Notes under the pieces: model-generated
The model's input: the letters and a program-made list of their open reading frames with translations, nothing else
The model's database searches: none
What the model was told of the DNA's origin: nothing
Program-made: the position numbers and the translations under genes
Assembly (NCBI GenBank): GCA_965649825.1
Contig: OZ287696.1
Coordinates: 2,171,724-2,235,723 of the forward strand
Direction of reading: 5' to 3'
Source of the DNA: Penicillus capitatus
Taxonomy: Eukaryota; Plantae; Chlorophyta
DNA length: 64,000 nt
Part shown: piece after piece, positions 51,730-61,407 of the stretch
How positions within the stretch are numbered: the first letter of the stretch is position 1
Layout: each line of letters opens with the position of its first letter

Positions 51730-53168
51730 ACAAATGCTGGCGGCGTCTTTCTTCGATCCTTTTAGTCTCTGAAGAACTTGATGTTATAATAAGAAGGACA
51801 GTGATAGCAATGTAGTTGCCAGAAGACGACTGATGTGACCCTACCTACGAATGAAAACGAATGAGAAGACAGTGAGTATATATACCTTGTATTCTTGTGC
51901 ATAGACGCTTTTTAAGAAGAGCAGTCTCGTTTTCTGAACCTCTGCGCTATGGGATCACAATTGGTTTCGGAGCGTCTTACCTCGAAAATGGATCGGGAAG
52001 CTTTCGCGTCAGTGCTCAGCGCAGCGGCGCTTGTTGAGGATGACTATAGACCTCGTCTGAGGCATGTCGTGAAAAAGCTGGAATTCGGTTCGCCTGCGTT
52101 CGAATTGCTGAGACAAGTGACTGAGAGAATCGAGCCACATTTCGTTTCACTGACCGCCTTTAATGCGGCATTCACTGGGGGGCCGCGACGGTTCATCGTT
52201 TTTTCGGCGCACCAATCGCATCGGTTGAAACGGATCATAAATGGCGTATTCTGAAGGAACTTGTTCTGGGTGCGTGCCCACAGCCAAGTCTGTCTGCCGA
52301 AGAACAACTCGCAAGGCTGTCCAAGACCAAAGGAGAGACCTGGTCCGACTTCGTCGATCGATACCGTACTTTGTGCACGACAACTACAGCGTCAGCGGAG
52401 ACGCAGATTAAGACTCTTTACAGGAAGCTCCCTGTTAACCTGAGGAGATTGATGCTTCACTTATCGCCACTGTCGACGGTCGCTGATATGAGCACTGTCA
52501 TACGAAACGCAAGTTTTTGGGAGTCAGGTGGACAGCTGAAGACGGAAGACAATGTAGACGCGATGGATGTCGATTTGGTGACGGCCCAGGCCAATGCTGC
52601 AACAGACGGTAGAGTGATCGCGAATGACGGGACCATCAATTTTGCTGCCATTACCAACGCCGGAAGAGTAATGGTCGGCGCTCGGGAAATCTGCAAAACC
52701 TCGAAGCGCGAAGCGCAGAATATGCTCAGATTTCTGCAGAAACTCTGTAATGGTACTGATGGACCAAGAAGATCACAGCCTCAGCAGAGGAGAGGAGGCG
52801 GTCGTCGTGCTTTCGTCGCTGAGAACTCCATGTCCAATATGCAAGCCGCAGAACCTATCTACGAGACGTTGAGTGAAGTGGAGGACGCTACGTCAGAGCC
52901 TGATACATTACTAGCGAACACAGCCAAGACAGTTGCGACAAAAGCGAAGAGAAGGGTGATGAAATTAGGCCTCGTTTCCCAGAGCCATCTCGGATATCCG
53001 AGAAAGATCGATGCGCTTGTGAAGCATATTAGTCATGACGTATGTCACGTCACCTCGAATCTCACGTATTAGTCGTCCCTCCTGATCCGGAGGGTATATT
53101 AATGAAATGGAACAGACAGAAAGGACTCTCTTTAAAAGACAAGTTTGCCTTACACCGCCAAGCGTACC

Positions 53169-54761
53169 ATGACATCTGGTTTCGGAGCAGAGAAGGCGGA
53201 CCCAACTGTCATCGCCGTGATGATGGCAATACTCTTGTTTTGTTACGGCGCTGGCGTCGTGGACGCCGCCGATGACGAGGGTACCTCAAACGAGGACCTG
53301 GAGATGACCGCCGGACAGAACGTGGCAGACATCATGCGGACAATAAGGTTGTTGAGAAGGGAAAATGCGGAATTACGACAGGACAAAGACAGATGGCTGG
53401 GCGAGGTGGTTAAACTGCGCAAACGGCTGTCATTGCGATGCCCGTGTCCTGAAGAGACGGCCGAATCCTCTACGGGAGGCCGTTGGAAAGCGTGGAAGGC
53501 GTGGTTTTCCTCTGGCAGCCGCGCACGTCCAAACGACGGGCAAAACGACGGTCAATCTGCCCAAGCGCCTGATTCGGGTTTCCGATGGATGTGGCGGTCA
53601 ACCTTCCATCGGGTCCGACGATCAGTCACCGACTTCCTAGCGGCGACGGCGACAGTCACGGGGACATCGCTTCGTATCGTTGCAACGATCTTCTGGCTCT
53701 GCGTGTCCTTCATCGGCACGAACGTGCTCTGCCTACTGTGGTTGAAGGCAGCGAAGATTTGGACGGGCTGCAAGGCCGCCGTGAACTGGTACTTCCATCT
53801 GCCACTATGGGTGGTCCTGCGTCAGGCCGCGGGTCAGCTGGCAAAGCTCCTCGGACGCCTGCAGTGGGAAAGCGAATCCGAGAAAGGTGATGGAAACTTG
53901 AAGCAGGAGATGAAGAATCTGAAAAAGGCGCTAAGCGATCTGCAACAGGCCTCGCGAAGCCGAAAGCAGTCGTCTACCGACACGGTTTCAGGGCATAACA
54001 GAGATGGGAGCAAGTCTCCGCGAGCGTCATTCCCGCCAAAGAGGAGCCACGACACGCCGCGGAAGAAGATGTGCAAGCGCTGTCACGGGGAGGATCATCC
54101 TATCTGGGCATGTCCTGCCAGACCCGAGAAACCCAATGCGCCGTGTCCCGTCTGCCGACGAGGTATGCATTGGAAGGATCAGTGCCCGAACAGGCCTCGC
54201 GACATGGCTTACGCGGCATCCACCTGCACAGGGTCCGAACCCGACGAGGAATTCAGCTTTCGAAGCGGAAGATCCTCTCCCAGAGGCACTGGCCCGAAGG
54301 AGGACGAAGGGTGCTCCTATCATGCAGCGCCATCTACCTGCAAGGAAATGAAAAAGGGAGCCAAGAAGCCTCTACTGCACGTGCAAGGACGGATCTCCGG
54401 CGAAGATCGGCTTAGAGATTTCCTCGTCGATTCCGGATCATCCGCAAACTTGATATCGAGAAGAGTTTGCGAAGAGACGGGACAATCGGCAGTCCCCTGT
54501 GAAGTCTCTGAAGTGTTCGGGGTGTCGGGCGAGGGTCTCCAGGTTCTCGGTCAGGCCACACTGCCCACGCGTGTGGGAGAATCGGAGCAGATGGTGTCTT
54601 ACCTTGTGGTCCCTCAGTTGAGAAAGACGATCCTCGGAACCCCAGCGCTGAGTCAGTTCGAGTTCTCAATCAATTGCCATGAGGAGTATCTCGAGAGGCC
54701 GACAGGAGAACGTATTTTCTGTCATGCGACGACAACCTCTCCTGTGCAAAAAAACGAGTGA
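53169..54761 (+). CDS. Element C ORF1: hydrophobic leader, coiled coil, TM-like segment, two CCHC zinc knuckles and aspartic protease
   Basis: CKRCHGEDHPIWAC, CPVCRRGMHWKDQC, FLVDSGSSANLIS; start could be ATG 53169, 53220 or 53223. Confidence 0.88.
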   Translation: MTSGFGAEKADPTVIAVMMAILLFCYGAGVVDAADDEGTSNEDLEMTAGQNVADIMRTIRLLRRENAELRQDKDRWLGEVVKLRKRLSLRCPCPEETAESSTGGRWKAWKAWFSSGSRARPNDGQNDGQSAQAPDSGFRWMWRSTFHRVRRSVTDFLAATATVTGTSLRIVATIFWLCVSFIGTNVLCLLWLKAAKIWTGCKAAVNWYFHLPLWVVLRQAAGQLAKLLGRLQWESESEKGDGNLKQEMKNLKKALSDLQQASRSRKQSSTDTVSGHNRDGSKSPRASFPPKRSHDTPRKKMCKRCHGEDHPIWACPARPEKPNAPCPVCRRGMHWKDQCPNRPRDMAYAASTCTGSEPDEEFSFRSGRSSPRGTGPKEDEGCSYHAAPSTCKEMKKGAKKPLLHVQGRISGEDRLRDFLVDSGSSANLISRRVCEETGQSAVPCEVSEVFGVSGEGLQVLGQATLPTRVGESEQMVSYLVVPQLRKTILGTPALSQFEFSINCHEEYLERPTGERIFCHATTTSPVQKNE

Positions 54762-54801
54762 CCCTGGGTTCCTCTACCCCAGGGCACAAAAAACAGAGGA
54801 G
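54749..54801 (+). promoter_or_regulatory. -1 programmed ribosomal frameshift signal (A_AAA_AAC + H-type pseudoknot)
   Basis: Heptamer 54749-55 in the ORF1 frame; 6-nt spacer; stem 1 CCCUGGG/CCCAGGG (54762-68, 54778-84); stem 2 UCCUCU/AGAGGA (54770-75, 54795-800); A-rich loop; the -1 frame is the pol ORF. Confidence 0.9.
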
Positions 54802-57661
54802 ATCTGCTCCCGGCTCGACGGTGGCGATCTCCATCCTCGACGCGGACGGCAAGGCTCGAGTCGCGGTCAAGGACGACCGGGCGTATCTACCACTGAGCCG
54901 ATCTGCAGTGGTCGGTCCTAAAGCGACGAAGCTGTTGGTGTTGCCGGTGAAGATTGGAGGAGACGGTATCCAAGGACTGGTACCCGTACTGCAAGTGCGA
55001 GACTTGCTGACCTCTGTCTGTCTGTCGGGAGAGGGCACGGTCCGCATCCAGCTCTATAACTCGTCAGATGAAGCCAAGATCCTAAGCCCCAGGCTCCGAG
55101 TGGCCGCCGTCATCAGGGCTCCGGATAGTCGATTTGTGATCGACCGGCCAGAGGCGCTAGATCCAGAATCGCTCAGCGCCAAGGTGAATCACACCTCGGT
55201 CGCAGATCAAGCTCCTGCAGGAGCCTGTGGCGCTGAATATTGGGAGAACAAATACCTAGTAGTGTTCTCCCGAGGAGAGTTTGGCGTCGGAAGTCCAATG
55301 GTGAAACTGACGATTTGCCACAGAGAAATAGAGTGGCTAAAAGACGCAAAAGAAATTCCCCTCTGCAACAGAGGAAGACAGTACGAAACGGGTGACGTAT
55401 CAGAAAAGGAAGCCAGTGCCGTGATCGCGGATCTGCATCAACGAAGAGTCATCAGACCGGTGGAAGCATCTGAAAAGGTCTTCCTCAATCCAATCATCTG
55501 GGTCAGGAAGACCAATGGCAAGGCGCGCAAAACAGTCGACTTTCGTCTGTTGAATGCTTACTGTCGCACGTGGAAGACACAGATGCCAGGCGTGTATCCG
55601 ACCATCTCGAGCATCCCTGATCGATGGGATCGGTTCACGGTGCTGGACTTGGACTCGGGCTTCTTTAACATCCCCGTCTGCGGTGTTCTGCAGAGCCTGT
55701 TTGGCTTCGAACACCGCGGCCGGCGGTGGACCTATCGGAGTCTTCCGATGGGCTGGAGTTGCAGCCCATCCCTGTTTCTGAGCAGGCTCCAGGCCATCTT
55801 CCAAGGGGCGCCTGCCACGATATATCAGGATGACATTCTCGTTGGGGGACAGGGCCAAAAGGAACACGATGACAACCTGGATCGTGTTCTGTCGATAATG
55901 GCCGACCATTGTCTCCGCACAAATCGAGAAAAAATGCAATTCTGCAGACCAGAAGTGACATTCCTGGGTTACGATGTGAAGAAATCTACGTTTGGGCTCG
56001 ATAGCTACGTCCGAAAACAATGCTCTCAGCTGCCAGTTTCGACGTCCAAGCGTCAACTCCAGAAGATCATCGGCATTCTTAACGTCTGCCGACCATCATG
56101 TTACAAGCTGGCGGAATGGCTAGAGCCGCTGCAACGGGAACTCCGACTCCCGAGGAAGGACCGATCTGACCTATCCACCCTTCAAGCCAAGACCCGAGAA
56201 GTATGGAGAAAAGTGCTTCAGAATAACGTCAGGGTGCATCGGCAGACGACAGACAAACCGATCGACTGCCATCTGTATGTGGACTGGAGCGGAGTAGGCA
56301 TCGGCTACGCTCTGTTCTCGGGAACGATCAGCGAAGGCCGGCTGATCAGCCTAAACAGCTGCCGAGAAACAAAAGGGCCAAGCAGCAGTATGCTTGGCGA
56401 GCTGCGCGGCCTATGCTGGGCCTTGGAACAAGTCAAGGTTCAGACTGCAGGAACCCGAGTAATCCTGTGGACAGATTCGCAAAGCGCCTACCAGTGTGTG
56501 ATGACAACACCGAAGAAGCGGTCCGTCCTGGACGTGCGCGTTTCCAGGCTTCTGGATTGGTTGTGGTCAAACTTTCCCATCCCTTCCAGACTTGAGGTAC
56601 GCCATCTTCCTGGCGCCTCTAACACTATTGCAGATACTTTAAGTCGTTGGCCGCTCCATCAAGAGACATCCCAGACCTTTCTCACAGAACAGCAAACCGA
56701 GCGGATCAGAACCGCGCATGAAGGCCATTGGAATCCTCGCCGCACATGGGAACATCTCAAAAGGGATGGAAGCGTATGGCCATCGGCCCGCGCGGATGTT
56801 GAAGAGCACGTACGAAGATGCGAAGGGTGCCAAAGAGGAGCCAGTCCCCGTCTTAGAGACGAATGGAGAGGCATTGAATGTCCCGTGGCAAATCATATGT
56901 TATTCCTTGACTACCTCGGACCGATCAAGCTGGGAAAATACCAAAAGCAGAACAAGCACGTCTTAGCAATCGTCGACGGACTCACGAGGTTCTGCCAGTT
57001 GACGATAACGACGCACCCAAACGAAGAGACGGTGATCAAGGCCCTCACGAGGTGGTGGAACGCCACCGTAGTAAGACATGGAGGGATAGAAGCTATATTT
57101 TCAGATCAAGGCCAAGCATTCTGTGGTCGTCGTTTGCGTGCCTTTTGCACCGATCGGCAGATCACACATTACTATTCCCCCACCTATACCGCCCATACCA
57201 ATGGCCGAGTAGAGCGGCTGGTCGGGAACATCAAGACAAGAGTGAAGAAAATGGCAGCGAACCAGGAACTCCCGATCGATGGCAAACGCCTCGAAAACAT
57301 AATCAATGATGCCGTTCATGGCGTGACCAAATTTACGCCTAACGAGCTCTTTTGGGGAGTGAGGCGCGGTGGAGAACGAATCGACGACGAGCGATTAAAG
57401 ATATGGAGATCAAAGGCGATTCGAAATTGCAGAAAAGCGAGAGAAGCGACAACGAAGCGAAGTCGAAGGAGATTGGGAGCCGCGACATCGTCCCTAAGAA
57501 CCGGAAGCCAAGTACTAGTGTACTACCCCGAAGCGGGAAGAGGAGCGGCATGGAGAGGCCCTTTCATGTTGGCAGAGAGAATTGGAAGATGTCGATGGAA
57601 TGTGCTAGGCCATGCGAGAAACCCGGTACATTCTAGTCGGATCAAGGAGTATCATGAATAA
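54758..57661 (+). CDS. Element C pol (dUTPase-like relic, RT, RNase H, integrase)
   Basis: RKTVDFRLLN, LDLDSGFF, LPMGW, YQDD, YVDWSG, WTDSQ, HHCC, DDE, WRGPF. Confidence 0.94.
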   Translation: MTLGSSTPGHKKQRRSAPGSTVAISILDADGKARVAVKDDRAYLPLSRSAVVGPKATKLLVLPVKIGGDGIQGLVPVLQVRDLLTSVCLSGEGTVRIQLYNSSDEAKILSPRLRVAAVIRAPDSRFVIDRPEALDPESLSAKVNHTSVADQAPAGACGAEYWENKYLVVFSRGEFGVGSPMVKLTICHREIEWLKDAKEIPLCNRGRQYETGDVSEKEASAVIADLHQRRVIRPVEASEKVFLNPIIWVRKTNGKARKTVDFRLLNAYCRTWKTQMPGVYPTISSIPDRWDRFTVLDLDSGFFNIPVCGVLQSLFGFEHRGRRWTYRSLPMGWSCSPSLFLSRLQAIFQGAPATIYQDDILVGGQGQKEHDDNLDRVLSIMADHCLRTNREKMQFCRPEVTFLGYDVKKSTFGLDSYVRKQCSQLPVSTSKRQLQKIIGILNVCRPSCYKLAEWLEPLQRELRLPRKDRSDLSTLQAKTREVWRKVLQNNVRVHRQTTDKPIDCHLYVDWSGVGIGYALFSGTISEGRLISLNSCRETKGPSSSMLGELRGLCWALEQVKVQTAGTRVILWTDSQSAYQCVMTTPKKRSVLDVRVSRLLDWLWSNFPIPSRLEVRHLPGASNTIADTLSRWPLHQETSQTFLTEQQTERIRTAHEGHWNPRRTWEHLKRDGSVWPSARADVEEHVRRCEGCQRGASPRLRDEWRGIECPVANHMLFLDYLGPIKLGKYQKQNKHVLAIVDGLTRFCQLTITTHPNEETVIKALTRWWNATVVRHGGIEAIFSDQGQAFCGRRLRAFCTDRQITHYYSPTYTAHTNGRVERLVGNIKTRVKKMAANQELPIDGKRLENIINDAVHGVTKFTPNELFWGVRRGGERIDDERLKIWRSKAIRNCRKAREATTKRSRRRLGAATSSLRTGSQVLVYYPEAGRGAAWRGPFMLAERIGRCRWNVLGHARNPVHSSRIKEYHE

Positions 57662-58563
57662 GGGACCGAAAGATGAACGAAATGTGTTTTTCTCTTTATC
57701 TTCGAAGTGGCAGCCGAAGCGTATGTGAAGCATATTAGTCATGACGTATGTCACGTCACCTCGAATCTCACGTATTAGTCGTCCCTCCTGATCCGGAGGG
57801 TATATTAATGAAATGGAACAGACAGAAAGGACTCTCTTTAAAAGACAAGTTTGCATTACACCGCCAAGCGTACCATGACAGCGCTTGTCGACACAGGGGC
57901 GGAATCATCGATCATATCGTTGGCGCTGGCGAAAGAGCTCGGCGCTAAGGTCAGGCCAGATGACACACGGCTGTTGCTCGCCCATGGCCAAGCAACCAAG
58001 GTCTATGGAAGGTGTGAGATTGCAGTTTCTGTCGAAAAATCCGCCAACCAAAGGTTCAATCTGGATTGTATGGTCCTACCTAAGCCTGGGCATGATTTGC
58101 TGTTGGGCCTCGATGCTATGGCCGACAACCAGATCTCGGCACACCCCCACAGCCGCTCAGTAAGCATCAGGGGCAGAAAGATTAACTGTTTGTTTGCGGG
58201 CCCGAAGATGGATAAGGAGGCGGTTAACTCTATATTACCTGAGGGACTTGGTCGCCTTACAGAAATAGTGGATCATCTGCCGGGGCTAAAGGGTGACAGG
58301 ATGCAAGTGCCACTCAACAGATCGGTCGTGCTTGGACCAAAAGAGAGTAGGATGCTGAAGACACCGATCGTCATTCCAAGGTCACTAGTCCACAAGCGAA
58401 CACCTGTTGTGGCGCCTACCTTTTCCGTACATCTCGGAATTCAGTATGCGAGCTTCTCTACGCTTACTCTGACAAACCATCGCGAAGAACCGGTCAGAAT
58501 AACTGGAAAGACGACGATCTTTGAAGTACCAGTTCCGGCGGATGTGGATCCTGTCGTCAGCGA

Positions 58564-61407
58564 TTGCAATGGAGAGAAACATCAGCTCAGAGGAAATCGA
58601 AGATCTTTTCAGAAGCGACAGTAAACGCGCAGTCAGGCTTACTGTCGCCGAATGATGAAATTGACTGCTGCAGCAGAGGACAGCTGCTGACCCGATTCCC
58701 AGACGTCATCCGTGAGGGAGTTGGACGTTTCTCGGGATGGGAGGTTAGTTTAAAGGATGCTGCGGGAAAGCTGCATTCCGTTCACACGAAGCTCCCGTAT
58801 GCCTTCGCTGCCGAGACTGCAGCTTGCAGAAGTGAGATCGATCAGTTAATAAACGCTGGGATCGTGGAGAAATTCAAAGGAAAGCCGAAGCACTTGATAC
58901 CTTGGTTTTCAGTGGAGAAGAAAGACTCGCTCGAACGCAGAGTGGTTCTGGATTTTCGAGGCTTGAACAAATTGACAGCGAGAAGCCCCGCTTTACCAAT
59001 GCATCGCGAGGGAGCTGTGCAGAATTTGTGTGGCATGAGGTACTACGCAAAATTCGATTTTCGGCATGGTTTCTATCAAATTCCACTGGCTGCTGATTTG
59101 CAGCCTTACTTCGTGACTGTGTTTGACAAGCAACCATACGCGTTTACGAGATTACCCATGGGATGGACTAATTCAATGGCTTTCTTTGAAAATGCAGTTC
59201 AGATGACGATTTCAGAAGCCCGCGATCAGATAAAGAAAAGTGGAATCCACGTTGCCATCGAGAGTTATGCCGATGATGTCTGCATCGGGGCACGGACCAA
59301 GCAAGATCTGGCAAAAGCGGTGTACAATCTGCTGCTCACCTACAGGAAATACGGATGGACGATATCCCCGAAGAAATGCTCATATGCCGTAGAAGAGCTG
59401 GAATTTCTGGGGCATCGATTCACACCACAAGGAGTTCTCCCACCAGAGGGAACTTTGCAGAAGCTGCTCTCGGCCAAACCACCGCAGACTCGAACTGAAG
59501 TTCGATCATGCTTGGGAGTTATCCGCGCATTGCTGCGATACTGTCGAGGAGACGCAAAAAGTCTAGCAACGTTGCAGAGATTGTGCAATGCAGACGCGGC
59601 GACGATAAGAAAGTACTGGCAAGAAAATCCTGATCATTGGAAGGCTATCATCAAGTCAACGAGCCGCTTGTGGTACAATCGGCCTGATGCAGCTGGAACC
59701 AGTGTGGATCTTTACATCGACGCAAGTAGAGACGGATTCGGATATGCCCTCTTCAGCAGAGAAACAAAACAACTAATCCGACTCGGGGCAGGAGGATTCC
59801 GACGAGAGAAATTTCGTTCAAGTGGCAAAGCAGAACTTCTCGGGATGGAACGAGCACTGAAGGAAGTGAGGCATCTGATCATGGGCAAGCGACTGACCAT
59901 TTTTACCGACGCAACTGTGGTCAAGCAGGCAAGCGGCACCAAAGATCAGAGTTTCTTGGTACACAAGCATTTGGATGCTCTAAACTTGGCCGCGGGCAGA
60001 GTGGAACACGTAGACGGTGTGTCAAACGTTGTGGCCGATTTGCTCAGCAGGAGTCCATGGTGGAGGAGAGAGCTCAAAGATTCGAAGGCCGAAGGATCAA
60101 CGGCGGCGGCGGCGGCGGCCAAAATCAATGCAGAATGGCCGGAGTGGTACTTGCACATGGAAGACTATCTGAGGACAGGAAAGTGCCCAAATGAAGCGAA
60201 TCCTCAACAGAGAGCACGTATAAAGCATCGGAGTAGGTTTTTCCGGATGAGATCAGAAAAAATGGAATATTCCGCCGATGGAATGCACTGGCGACAGTGC
60301 TGCCTCAATAGGAATGAGATCTCTCAATGGTTGTGCAAAGCGCATGAACAGAGTGGGCATTATGGAAGCCAAACCACTCTACACAACCTACAGAAGATGA
60401 TCTACTTTCCTGATGCCCCCTCGCACGTGCAAAACTGGGTACGCAGTTGTGAAAGATGTCAACATTTCGCGAGACATGACCCCCCTGTTGCTCAATCGTT
60501 CAATACCTGGCAGAAGATGAACCAGTGCGTAGGTCTGGATGTTATTGGACCGATGAAGCCAGATGGATCACAGAGATTCATCATCGCAGCGGTGGACCTT
60601 TGCACACGTTTCTGTCTGATTTCTGCGTCGTCCAAGGCAAACGCAGCAGCGATTATCAAGCTTCTTGAGCGCTGGATTTCACTTTTTGGCAATCCTGATT
60701 GTCTACAAACGGATAACGCACCGGCCTTTGTCGGAAATCAATTGTCCAATTGGATGTCAGATCGCGGCATCAATCGACGAACAATCCCTGCATATCGACC
60801 TCAATGCAACGGGACAGTTGAGCGTCTTAATCAGGAAATCATTCGACGCCTGCAACGCCTTCAGAAAGGTGGAAAGCGGGCAGTCTGCCTCCCGCAGATC
60901 CAGGCACTGCTGAACTCTCATCCGAACTCCGTGATCCACCTCAGCGCCATACAGATTGCTTCTGGCTATCAGCCGCGTCTTCATTCAGTTACTCCCTCGA
61001 CCGTTGTCGAGCCGAATTCGGAAGATCCTAGTCAGATACGACATGAAGATATTTTGGCGACTCGCTGGACAGCAATCGATGCACAATTACAGTACAAGCA
61101 GAAGAGACAAGCCTCTCTACCTTATAGATCTGAGGATTTTGAAATGGGAGAGAAAGTATTATTGTTTGACAATCAACTTGCTCAGACGCATGGCAATAAG
61201 CTGGCACCTCAGTGGCAAGGACCTTTTATCGTTCAGAGACGGTTTTCTGCTCAACTTTATTATCTTGTTTCGCCTACATCAAAAAAGCCCTTTCTGGCTC
61301 ATAGAGATCACCTGCGTCGTTTTTTTTGTCGGAGTAAAGCGCAGGGTAGCGATTGTAGTTGCCAGAAGACGACTGATGTGACCCTACCTACGAATGAAAA
61401 CGAATGA
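58564..61407 (+). CDS. Element B pol (RT, RNase H, integrase), in the -1 frame relative to gag-PR
   Basis: RVVLDFRGLN, KFDFRHGFYQ, LPMGW, YADD, YIDASRDGFG, HHCC, DDE, GPF module; ORF runs into the 3' LTR. Confidence 0.93.
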   Translation: MQWRETSAQRKSKIFSEATVNAQSGLLSPNDEIDCCSRGQLLTRFPDVIREGVGRFSGWEVSLKDAAGKLHSVHTKLPYAFAAETAACRSEIDQLINAGIVEKFKGKPKHLIPWFSVEKKDSLERRVVLDFRGLNKLTARSPALPMHREGAVQNLCGMRYYAKFDFRHGFYQIPLAADLQPYFVTVFDKQPYAFTRLPMGWTNSMAFFENAVQMTISEARDQIKKSGIHVAIESYADDVCIGARTKQDLAKAVYNLLLTYRKYGWTISPKKCSYAVEELEFLGHRFTPQGVLPPEGTLQKLLSAKPPQTRTEVRSCLGVIRALLRYCRGDAKSLATLQRLCNADAATIRKYWQENPDHWKAIIKSTSRLWYNRPDAAGTSVDLYIDASRDGFGYALFSRETKQLIRLGAGGFRREKFRSSGKAELLGMERALKEVRHLIMGKRLTIFTDATVVKQASGTKDQSFLVHKHLDALNLAAGRVEHVDGVSNVVADLLSRSPWWRRELKDSKAEGSTAAAAAAKINAEWPEWYLHMEDYLRTGKCPNEANPQQRARIKHRSRFFRMRSEKMEYSADGMHWRQCCLNRNEISQWLCKAHEQSGHYGSQTTLHNLQKMIYFPDAPSHVQNWVRSCERCQHFARHDPPVAQSFNTWQKMNQCVGLDVIGPMKPDGSQRFIIAAVDLCTRFCLISASSKANAAAIIKLLERWISLFGNPDCLQTDNAPAFVGNQLSNWMSDRGINRRTIPAYRPQCNGTVERLNQEIIRRLQRLQKGGKRAVCLPQIQALLNSHPNSVIHLSAIQIASGYQPRLHSVTPSTVVEPNSEDPSQIRHEDILATRWTAIDAQLQYKQKRQASLPYRSEDFEMGEKVLLFDNQLAQTHGNKLAPQWQGPFIVQRRFSAQLYYLVSPTSKKPFLAHRDHLRRFFCRSKAQGSDCSCQKTTDVTLPTNENE

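Larger units (their letters stand above)
53018..57880 (+). mobile_element. Nested Ty3/gypsy LTR retrotransposon (element C, 4863 bp)
   Basis: 157-bp TG...CA LTRs (53018..53174, 57724..57880; 1 mismatch); 5-bp TSD GCGCT; PBS TGGTTTCGGAGC at 53177..53188. Confidence 0.97.
51988..58624 (+). pseudogene. Element B gag-protease-dUTPase-like ORF, frameshifted near 52180 and split by element C
   Basis: Gag-like LARLSKTKGETWSDFVDRYRTLC; protease reconstitutes as RKIDAL|VDTGAESSIIS when element C is removed. Confidence 0.85.

Noticed and set aside
51811-51959. Hammerhead ribozyme or retrozyme in the short LTR (CTGATG...GAAA)
   Set aside because: The core reads CTGATGT rather than CUGAnGA, and the flanking helices cannot be formed.
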